From an uncultured Mageeibacillus sp. (GTDB lineage Bacteria > Bacillota > Clostridia > Saccharofermentanales > DTU023): a DNA stretch of 41,257 nt. The DNA lies in NCBI GenBank assembly GCA_964493375.1, contig CAZBOM010000001.1:1-41257 (forward strand), read 5' to 3'. Within the stretch, counting starts at the first letter, position 1; every line of letters begins with the position of its first letter. The notes beneath the pieces are model-generated. The model was not told where the DNA came from and did not search any database. It worked only from the letters and a program-made list of their open reading frames with translations. The position numbers were made by a program, and so were the translations under genes. This document shows, piece after piece, positions 1-7,143 of the stretch.

Positions 1-1018
1 CGACACCGAGAATGGGGGCCAGTACGTTGTCTTGCAACACCGAGACATCGAGACTGCTCACGGGATCAAGCCCTTCGTAGATCGACTCAGGCGCCGAAAG
101 CTCGTACCAATTGCCTCCGAGATACATGCAGATTTCACCTTTTCGCGTCGGATGGAATGCATCGTCAACTTTTTCGACCTTGTAGATCGAACTCAGACGG
201 CTCAGGAATTCATCCTCCGACAAGCCATTTAAGTCTTTGATCACGCGGTTGTAATCCATGATGTACAAATCTTCATCGGGGAAAATGACTGCCATGGAGT
301 AGTTCAGTTCGGCATCTTCCGGCGCGTCGGGGTTTTCTTCGCGACGTTTTAATGCGACGTTTGCCGCTGATGCCGTGCGATGGTGCCCGTCGGCGATATA
401 GAGAAGATCGATCGCTTTAAATAAGCTCTCCAGCTCCGTGATCGTCTCCGCTTCATCTATCACCCACAGTTGATGCATGATATCGTCTTCTGTTTTGAAG
501 TCGTAAACAGGATCGTTGTATTTCACAAAATCGTTAATCAGCCGCGAAATCTTATCTTGTTGGCGATACGTCAAAAAGATCGGCTCCGTGTGCGCGTCAC
601 AGACATCGAAGTGACGCGTGCGGTCAACTTCTTTGTCTTTGCGCGTAAACTCATGGCGCCTGATTTTATTCGCTAAATACTCATCAACGGAGACGGTCGC
701 GACAAGACCTGTCTGTGGGCGACCGTCCATAACCTGCCGGTAGACATAGAATAAGGGGCGCTCATCTTTGCGAAGAACGTCGTCCTCCACCATCTTTCGA
801 AGATTGGAGCAACCGTGCTCATATACGGCATCTTCATAATCTCCGATCGATTCCGGCAACTCGAGTTCAGCCCGAACAACACGAAGAAAGCTGTAAGGGT
901 TGCCCTCCGCCATCGCCTTCGCTTCTTCGCGATTCATCACATCATACGGAAGGCTGGCGATTTTTTCGGCTAGTGCCGGATTGGGACGAATGGCTCTAAA
1001 AGGTCTGACAGTTGCCAT
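1..1018 (-). CDS. DUF1015 family protein (partial; C-terminus lies beyond the window's left edge)
   Basis: It is absent from the ORF track because it runs off the edge. Reverse-strand translation from the ATG at 1018-1016 reads MATVRPFRAIRPNPALAEKIASLPYDVMNREEAKAMAEGNPYSFLRVVRAE...LYIADGHHRTASA...LDVSVLQDNVLAPILGV, with no stop down to position 1. The start directly abuts the serA stop (TAAATG). The sequence pattern and the serA/serC neighbourhood are typical of DUF1015. Confidence 0.8.
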   Translation of the reverse strand, partial: MATVRPFRAIRPNPALAEKIASLPYDVMNREEAKAMAEGNPYSFLRVVRAELELPESIGDYEDAVYEHGCSNLRKMVEDDVLRKDERPLFYVYRQVMDGRPQTGLVATVSVDEYLANKIRRHEFTRKDKEVDRTRHFDVCDAHTEPIFLTYRQQDKISRLINDFVKYNDPVYDFKTEDDIMHQLWVIDEAETITELESLFKAIDLLYIADGHHRTASAANVALKRREENPDAPEDAELNYSMAVIFPDEDLYIMDYNRVIKDLNGLSEDEFLSRLSSIYKVEKVDDAFHPTRKGEICMYLGGNWYELSAPESIYEGLDPVSSLDVSVLQDNVLAPILGV

Positions 1019-1915
1019 TTATAATCTCTCCTTTATGATATCGACGATGTTATCGCCGATCCGAGCTTGCGCTTCGACCGTGGCGGCTCCGATATGAGGT
1101 GTCAAGGAAATCTTGTCGCAATTTCTGATGCGCTCATTTTCCAACGGTTCCTTTGCGAAGACATCGAGAGCGGCTCCTCGAACCTTACCTGATTCGATCG
1201 CGTCGACGAGTGCGTCCTCGTCGACCACACCGCCTCGCGCGCAGTTAATGATAAAGACGCCGTCTTTCATCATCTCAATTTCTTCCTTGCCGATGAGCGC
1301 TTTCCCTCCGGAGAAAGGAACATGAAGCGACACGTAATCAGATTCCCTCAAGACATCTTCGAGGCTTCTTTGAACACATCCGACACACTGGATATCGAGT
1401 ATATCGGTAAAAATAACATTCATGCCGAGCGCGTTGCACTTCGCGGCCAGCGAGTTCGCGATACGCCCGAATCCGATCAGGCCGAGCGTCTTCCCCGCGA
1501 TCTCCGTTCCCTCGTATTGCTTTTTCATCCATTTGCCTTGGCGCATGGAGACATTTGCTTCGCCGATGTGGCGCGCGAGCGAAAGCATGTGACCGAGTGC
1601 GAGTTCTGCGACGGCGCTACTTGAGGCCGCCGGTGTATTTCTCACTTCGATCCCTTTTTCCATCGCGTAGTCGACATTAATATTGTCGACACCGACACCA
1701 CCGCGAATAATCAGTTTCAGGTTGCCCTGCGCGCCGGCATCAATCTCCGGATTGCGGAGCTTCGTCGCGCTTCGGACAATCACCGCGTCGACTTCGGCGA
1801 GTCTTGTCAGCAGTGCGTCACCTTCGTATTTTTTTGTGTCGACGACATGACCGAGAGCGACGAGCGCTTCTTCGGCCGATTGATCGATACCGTCATTTGC
1901 GAGAATTAAAGCCAT
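1019..1915 (-). CDS. serA: D-3-phosphoglycerate dehydrogenase (short form, D-isomer-specific 2-hydroxyacid dehydrogenase family)
   Basis: 298-aa ORF with the NAD-binding motif GLIGFGRIANSLA and a C-terminal ...LTPHIGAAT motif. A GGAGG SD lies 5 nt upstream of the ATG. It is flanked by the aminotransferase and DUF1015 genes. Confidence 0.85.
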   Translation of the reverse strand: MALILANDGIDQSAEEALVALGHVVDTKKYEGDALLTRLAEVDAVIVRSATKLRNPEIDAGAQGNLKLIIRGGVGVDNINVDYAMEKGIEVRNTPAASSSAVAELALGHMLSLARHIGEANVSMRQGKWMKKQYEGTEIAGKTLGLIGFGRIANSLAAKCNALGMNVIFTDILDIQCVGCVQRSLEDVLRESDYVSLHVPFSGGKALIGKEEIEMMKDGVFIINCARGGVVDEDALVDAIESGKVRGAALDVFAKEPLENERIRNCDKISLTPHIGAATVEAQARIGDNIVDIIKERL

Positions 1916-1917
1916 CG

Positions 1918-2991
1918 TTAAGCCTCCAATCCGAGAATTTCATTGATAGCGGCGAGCACTTCGTCAAGTGTTTCTTCCTGAAGCTCACCCATCGTGGCGA
2001 TGCGGAAAGTCGACTCTTTGAAATCGCCATAACCGCTGCCAAGTCTGTATCCGCGTTCGAGCATTGGCTTGCTCAATTCACTGAAGACGAAACCGGGGGG
2101 GCTGTTGATGCATGTCACTGTGTTTGAGCGATATCCTTCTTCAGCAAAGAGCGAGAAGTGCTTCAGAGCCCACGCGCGCACTTTGTCCGCCAACAGTTGG
2201 TGGCGAGCGAAGCGGTTATCAAGGCCTTCCTCGAAAATGCGATCGAGTTGGTAATCTAACGCGAACATGTGCGACAGTGACGGCGTTGAAGGATATTGGA
2301 AGTCCTTCTTGACGCGTTTATATAGACGGAGAATATCGAGATAATAGCCTCTGTTTTCGACTTGTTCGGCCGCCTTCAGCGCACGTTCCGAAACGGAACA
2401 AAGGCTGAGCCCGGGAGGTAGCGCAAGGCACTTCTGTGTCGATGTGATACAGCAATCGATTCCCCACGCGTCGACTTCGACTTTTGCGCCGGCGAGAGAA
2501 GAAACGGCGTCGACAAGATACAGCACATCGTCATACCGGCGAATCACATCGCCGATTTCTTTGCATGGATTCATGATGCCGGAACTTGTCTCATTGTGCG
2601 TCACCGTCACGACATCGTATTTGCCCGTCTTCAGGGCATTTTCGACCATCTCCGGTGTCGTCGGTTTGCCCGGCTCCGACTTGAAGATATCAGCCGGAAC
2701 ATTGTTCGTCGTCGCCAGCTGGTGCCAGCGATCACCAAAGGCACCGACAGAAAAGACGGCGGCTCTTTTGCGTGTAAAACTGCGAATGGAGCCTTCCATG
2801 AGCCCTGTTCCCGATGACGTCGACAGGAGAATCGGATTCTCCGTGTACATGAGTTTTTGCAACTTCTCCGAAATGTTTTTCTGAAGTTCGGTCGCTTCTT
2901 TGGTCCGATGCCCAATCATAGGCGTAGCCATTTTTTCCAGTACGCTTGGATCGACATCCGTCGGTCCGGGGATAAATAACTTCGTGTACAT
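1918..2991 (-). CDS. Class-V (AGAT-type) pyridoxal-phosphate aminotransferase, probably acting as phosphoserine aminotransferase in this operon
   Basis: 357-aa ORF starting MYTKLFIPGPTDVDPSVLEKM..., with TSTQKCL (PLP-lysine region). An AGGAGG SD precedes the ATG, and 2 nt separate it from serA. The functional assignment is inferred from operon context. Confidence 0.75.
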   Translation of the reverse strand: MYTKLFIPGPTDVDPSVLEKMATPMIGHRTKEATELQKNISEKLQKLMYTENPILLSTSSGTGLMEGSIRSFTRKRAAVFSVGAFGDRWHQLATTNNVPADIFKSEPGKPTTPEMVENALKTGKYDVVTVTHNETSSGIMNPCKEIGDVIRRYDDVLYLVDAVSSLAGAKVEVDAWGIDCCITSTQKCLALPPGLSLCSVSERALKAAEQVENRGYYLDILRLYKRVKKDFQYPSTPSLSHMFALDYQLDRIFEEGLDNRFARHQLLADKVRAWALKHFSLFAEEGYRSNTVTCINSPPGFVFSELSKPMLERGYRLGSGYGDFKESTFRIATMGELQEETLDEVLAAINEILGLEA

Positions 2992-3141
2992 GATGCCTCC
3001 TAAGGAAATTTCCGCTGATCAAATCGATCAAGATGATAGGTGTCATCTTATCATATTTCGATGCTGAAAAATGCTTAATAAAGGCACTTTCACCAATTAT
3101 TTACATTCAACAATCGGCCGACATAGCAGGCTAAGCAAACT

Positions 3142-3174
3142 GAAAAGCGAGTCGCCTAAACGACTCGCTTTTTC
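3142..3174 (-). terminator. Rho-independent terminator (bidirectional in appearance) after the lipoprotein gene
   Basis: Perfect 9-bp stem agcgagtcg (3146-3154) / cgactcgct (3161-3169) with a 6-nt loop, flanked by an A-run and a T-run. Confidence 0.6.
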
Positions 3175-3195
3175 GCATCGCACTGCATGAACTTT

Positions 3196-3780
3196 TTAAG
3201 GGAGAAATTGTTCCGACGCGACATCGTATGCATATTTTAAGTCCCCATGGTCTCTCGAAAATAAGATAACTTTCTCAGGTTTTTTATTCGTGTTGTAGTG
3301 AAAGACGAACTTGTCTCGACTCATGTCCACTTTTTCCCAACCCATCATTTTGCCATCGACGACAATATCGGCAATAAAAGGTACGACAATCTTTCCATCC
3401 CGCATAGGTAGTATGCCCCCCATTCCCGCTCCTTCAATCGTAACCATGAGTTTCCCCGCTGCATCGAAGTTGATCGCGCCAACATTCACATGAGCTGTCC
3501 GATCCTCAAACTTTAATGTCACTTGTTTCCCGGATGGTTTCGGTTCATCGACGGAGCTTTTAATCGTTTCGGTCGGTCCGCTCGTCGTGCTGCTTATTTC
3601 CGAGGGTAATGTGTTGTTTGTCTTCGAAGGGGAAGTACCCTTTGTCGTTTGGTTGCTGTTTACCGGCTTTGTTTTTTCTTTTTCGATATCAAACGTTTTC
3701 TTCGCAACACATCCGGTGGAACACACCAACACGGCGATCATGGCAAATAGGCTAACTGTTATCAAAAGCGTTCTCTTCAT
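3196..3780 (-). CDS. Hypothetical lipoprotein
   Basis: 194-aa ORF. The N-terminus MKRTLLITVSLFAMIAVLVCSTGC is a signal peptide with a lipobox Cys, followed by an S/T/P/N-rich linker and a small domain. I recognise no family. Confidence 0.6.
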   Translation of the reverse strand: MKRTLLITVSLFAMIAVLVCSTGCVAKKTFDIEKEKTKPVNSNQTTKGTSPSKTNNTLPSEISSTTSGPTETIKSSVDEPKPSGKQVTLKFEDRTAHVNVGAINFDAAGKLMVTIEGAGMGGILPMRDGKIVVPFIADIVVDGKMMGWEKVDMSRDKFVFHYNTNKKPEKVILFSRDHGDLKYAYDVASEQFLP

Positions 3781-3801
3781 AATCTTTCCTACCTTTCCGT
3801 T

Positions 3802-5241
3802 TTAAAAAGTATTTTTATTCTCTTTTTCTGTGGCGACCGGATCGCCCGAAGTATTACCTGTTCGGAGTGTCAGCGTGTAGTCGTAGTTTTTATTCAGCTT
3901 AAAAATCTCACTTGTACCGCTCGATTTAAGGCGCTGATAGACACCCTCTTCTCCGAACATTTCGTTCTCGCCAAACCAATTCCCGAATCCAAAGGCTGAC
4001 TTAAAAATGTAACTTCCAGGCGGCAATTTAACTTTTACCGAATCACCCTTATTGATGAAGATCACTGAGACGAGCGTCGTGCCATCTTGATCGTAGATCT
4101 TGAAATACGTTGAACTGCCGTCATTTGCAGGCGGTTTAATGAGAAGCGAGCAACCGGACCCTTTATACGCGCTGTTGCGGAATAACTCACCGGTACTCGG
4201 TTTCGCCACGATGCAATTACCAGCCATATCCGCGGCATCTTTGAAGTTTCCAAGCGCTGTAAACTCTTTATAGGCATCGTACTTTTTACCGCTTTCAAAC
4301 ATGGTCTTCGCGGCTAAATAGAGCGGCATGTTCCGGCACTCATGGCGTAAATCCTCCACGTCGGGGAACTTCTCTTGGTCGAGATTGTTCAACGATTTAA
4401 GCGCCTCTTCGTAGTGACCATTCTCAATCAAAGAGATCGCTTTCTGGTAATCTTTATGATCGCGACAAAGCTTTACCATCTCACGCGCGTCTTTGTAATC
4501 TCCCGCCTTCACGAAAGATTCTTCAGCCTTCGCATAAAGACCTTTATCAAAATGCGCTTTCCCCTCGTTATAAGACATGATTGATTTCGCTTCGGCGGCT
4601 AGTTTATCAGAATCCTTAAACGAACTAATTTCTGCGAACAGACTGATCGCCTTTTGGTATTCCCCACTTTTCATCAGACGCTTGGCGTCGTCATATGTCA
4701 TGGTTTTCTTCGCGAAAGCCGCCATATTCTCGGAATCATCAAAAGCTCCGAGAGCCTCAAAGACTTCCTGAGCTCCTTTATAATCACCTTTTTCGAGCAA
4801 TGTCACGCCCTCGTTATACTTGTTCTGTTTCGCATTGTGTAAAAATACGGGAACAAGAATCGCCGCGGCGATGACAATGAGCGCCACACCGGCCATCACG
4901 AGATATTTTGTTTTGCGGCGTGGTTTTTTTGTCGCGTCATCGCGAGACGGTATCGGCTCGACGATTGGCGAAACAATCTCACCATAAGACATGGGCGCCA
5001 TAGGTTGATAAGCCACACCTTCATATTCAAATGCTTCTGTTTGTTGATGATTTCCTCCGTTATCTGAAAACAGCCTTGGCTCGACGGTAGGCGAAACAAC
5101 CTCATGGACTGTCATGGGCGCTACCGGCGGGGGCATCTCGACACCGTATTCAGGTGCATCAATTTCTTCACGTTTCTCACCGCAAAAAGGGCAAAACATG
5201 GTCCCTTCGAGCATCTCTTTTCCGCAATTGGCACAATACAT
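3802..5241 (-). CDS. Zinc-ribbon / single-TM / TPR-like repeat membrane protein
   Basis: The ORF track gives 3802..5364, but the likely start is Met42 (ATG at 5241), which is preceded by a GAGGG SD. The N-terminus MYCANCGKEMLEGTMFCPFCGEK is a CxxC...CxxC zinc ribbon. It is followed by a TM helix (YLVMAGVALIVIAAAILVPVFL), repeated G.Y..A...F..LG.FKDS helical repeats and a C-terminal beta-rich domain. Confidence 0.65.
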   Translation of the reverse strand: MYCANCGKEMLEGTMFCPFCGEKREEIDAPEYGVEMPPPVAPMTVHEVVSPTVEPRLFSDNGGNHQQTEAFEYEGVAYQPMAPMSYGEIVSPIVEPIPSRDDATKKPRRKTKYLVMAGVALIVIAAAILVPVFLHNAKQNKYNEGVTLLEKGDYKGAQEVFEALGAFDDSENMAAFAKKTMTYDDAKRLMKSGEYQKAISLFAEISSFKDSDKLAAEAKSIMSYNEGKAHFDKGLYAKAEESFVKAGDYKDAREMVKLCRDHKDYQKAISLIENGHYEEALKSLNNLDQEKFPDVEDLRHECRNMPLYLAAKTMFESGKKYDAYKEFTALGNFKDAADMAGNCIVAKPSTGELFRNSAYKGSGCSLLIKPPANDGSSTYFKIYDQDGTTLVSVIFINKGDSVKVKLPPGSYIFKSAFGFGNWFGENEMFGEEGVYQRLKSSGTSEIFKLNKNYDYTLTLRTGNTSGDPVATEKENKNTF

Positions 5242-5486
5242 GGGCGACCCTCGCTTTCTATCTGAAACACATCTATTTTCTGAACTCAAAAACTGGCTCC
5301 AGAAACTCTTCTGAAGCCAGTATAGTTTCAGGTTGAGACCGAGGTGTCTGCGCGATGCATACATCGCAGGCTTTTTTATCGATTGTTTATGTCAGTGAAA
5401 AACTTGAGTGAGAAGCGATGGTAAAACGAGCGCACGATCATCTGCTTGATTCAATGCTAGAGGGCTGTCATGAAATAAAACTGACG

Positions 5487-5534
5487 CCATGGCAAACTCA
5501 TGGGCGAACACCATGGCAAGCTCATGGGCGAACA
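5487..5534. repeat. Tandem direct repeat, 2 x 24 nt (ccatggcaaRctcatgggcgaaca), one mismatch
   Basis: Read directly: 5487-5510 and 5511-5534 are identical except for an a/g difference at unit position 10. The repeat is intergenic, between the pseudokinase stop (5570) and the zinc-ribbon gene start (5241). Confidence 0.9.
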
Positions 5535-5569
5535 TGATGAATCACATTTTATAGGATTAAACAAAACGG

Positions 5570-7138
5570 TTATGGCATAACTCGCTCATTATCGGAGCCA
5601 TCGATGCGAACACGCCAGAGGTGACCACCGTCCTCTTCGTTTTGATAGAAAATCCACCGCCCCACAATGTTAAACGGGCCTGTCTTCGTTGTGAGAATGG
5701 AATAGTGAACTCTCCCGTCCAGCGAAGTCCATTCAAGCGTCTTTCGATTGCCGGCGACATAAAAGATTCCCGCCGGCGTGACATTGATGTAATACGCCGG
5801 TTTGTTGGTGTATCTTTTGATATTGCCGCCATCTAAATCCATGCTGATCAGAAAACTCGCCGAATCATTGAGCACCTTTCGATCGGCATCTCGATTACTC
5901 GCGACATATGCGTAAATCCTGTTTTCGTAGATACAGAACCATTCACAACTATCACTGTTCAAGAGTTCCATGTTACTGCCATCCAGGTTACATCGGTACA
6001 AATTGTAGTCATTTTCCGGAGATGCGAAATACAGTTGTTTTCGCACAATATCGAGACAACCGTATGCCGTCATGCTATTGAGTTGTTTGACAGTCCCCGA
6101 TGGCGCGTGTACCTGGTAAAGATATCCGTGATCACGTGTCGTGTCGAGGAAGAATTCTCCGTCGATAATATAGAGCAATCCCGAGTGCGTATCGCAGAAT
6201 ATTTCGCTTTTCATCGATGTGGGGTCAATTCGATAAATTTTCTTATTCGATGCATAGTAAAGCCAACCGTCATAGTAGTTGAGAGCTTCCGCACCGGCGT
6301 TCTCAGCAAGCAGCTGAATCTCTCTCGAAAACGGATCCATGCGGTAGATGCTCCCGCGATCGATGAAAAAGATCTCGTGCTTGCTTCGTGCCGCGAAAGC
6401 ACCGCCTGCTGCCGTCAAATTGCCGGGGAGATTGCCCCTTTCCTGAGTGAAAGGCGTCTCAACCATACCGATTCCGCGCGCATCTTGAAATCCCACGTCA
6501 TAACCGGTCGCGTAACCTGATCTATATCCCGATTCTTTTTTTTCGATTTCTCCTTTATCCCTTCCTCTATAAAAGAAATGAATCGATAAACCGGTCGCGA
6601 TACTGAGAATGACGACTCCCAACAACCCGAATACGAGTTTCTTCGTATTTCTTCTCTTTCTCTTGATCAAAAGTGACAAGTCTCTTATATTTTGAACGCG
6701 TGCGCGCGGATCAAAAGCCGTACAGCACTCAATCACCTCGCGAAGCCTTTTATCCTCTACTTGCGTGTCTAGCTTCGTCTTATTCTCATACCCCGTCGCC
6801 ATGAAGAGCATCATCATGCCCAGTGAATACACAAGAGCGTCAGCTTTCTTCGTGTTCGCTCGGTCATACTCCGGAGGTGAATACAGCTCACTCTCATACA
6901 ATGGCACGCGTGTCCTTTTTAAAGAAATGGTTCCATCTTGTTTCATCATGACAAGCTGCGGATGTAAGATCGCGTCAAACGGTTCGCGAGCATCTTTGTT
7001 CGCATCTTCCACTATTTTGCAAATTTTTTGAACCGTGGAAAAAATGTCCTTTGGACGCATCACGCCTTCTTCGGTCACGATGTCAAAGATAGAACGCTCT
7101 TTTTTCCCATCCCATGAATAAGTCGATTTAGCGCTCAT
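5570..7138 (-). CDS. Truncated pseudokinase (C-lobe only) - TM - DUF5050-like beta-propeller protein
   Basis: The track ORF is 5570..7147 (GTG), but the ATG at 7138 has a strong AAGAGGTGA SD that overlaps the upstream gene's stop. Residues about 18-160 align with the C-lobe of the upstream kinase (LFMATG, C.AFDP..R), but HRDIKPQN is replaced by LHPQLVMM and DFG by SLK, and there is no N-lobe. A TM helix (LVFGLLGVVILSIATGL) follows, then repeats of the LYRCNLDGSNMELL / WRVRIDGSDNERV type. Confidence 0.75.
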   Translation of the reverse strand: MSAKSTYSWDGKKERSIFDIVTEEGVMRPKDIFSTVQKICKIVEDANKDAREPFDAILHPQLVMMKQDGTISLKRTRVPLYESELYSPPEYDRANTKKADALVYSLGMMMLFMATGYENKTKLDTQVEDKRLREVIECCTAFDPRARVQNIRDLSLLIKRKRRNTKKLVFGLLGVVILSIATGLSIHFFYRGRDKGEIEKKESGYRSGYATGYDVGFQDARGIGMVETPFTQERGNLPGNLTAAGGAFAARSKHEIFFIDRGSIYRMDPFSREIQLLAENAGAEALNYYDGWLYYASNKKIYRIDPTSMKSEIFCDTHSGLLYIIDGEFFLDTTRDHGYLYQVHAPSGTVKQLNSMTAYGCLDIVRKQLYFASPENDYNLYRCNLDGSNMELLNSDSCEWFCIYENRIYAYVASNRDADRKVLNDSASFLISMDLDGGNIKRYTNKPAYYINVTPAGIFYVAGNRKTLEWTSLDGRVHYSILTTKTGPFNIVGRWIFYQNEEDGGHLWRVRIDGSDNERVMP

Positions 7139-7143
7139 CACGA

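Noticed and set aside
3030-3049. Inverted repeat aagatga-N6-tcatctt in the 5' UTR of the aminotransferase-serA-DUF1015 operon, considered as an operator or riboswitch element.
   Set aside because: The stem is only 7 bp and AT-rich, with no recognisable riboswitch context, so it is too weak to call without conservation data.
5242-5364. N-terminal 41-codon extension of track ORF 3802..5364.
   Set aside because: The extension (MYASRRHLGLNLKLYWLQKSF…) precedes a zinc ribbon that normally sits at the extreme N-terminus. The internal ATG at 5241 has a GAGGG SD, whereas the upstream ATG has none.
5352-5377. Plus-strand hairpin gcgatg-cata-catcgc followed by TTTTTT, resembling a terminator.
   Set aside because: There is no plus-strand gene upstream for it to terminate, and on the coding (minus) strand it has no U-run. 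It is probably incidental, or part of the 5' region of the zinc-ribbon gene.
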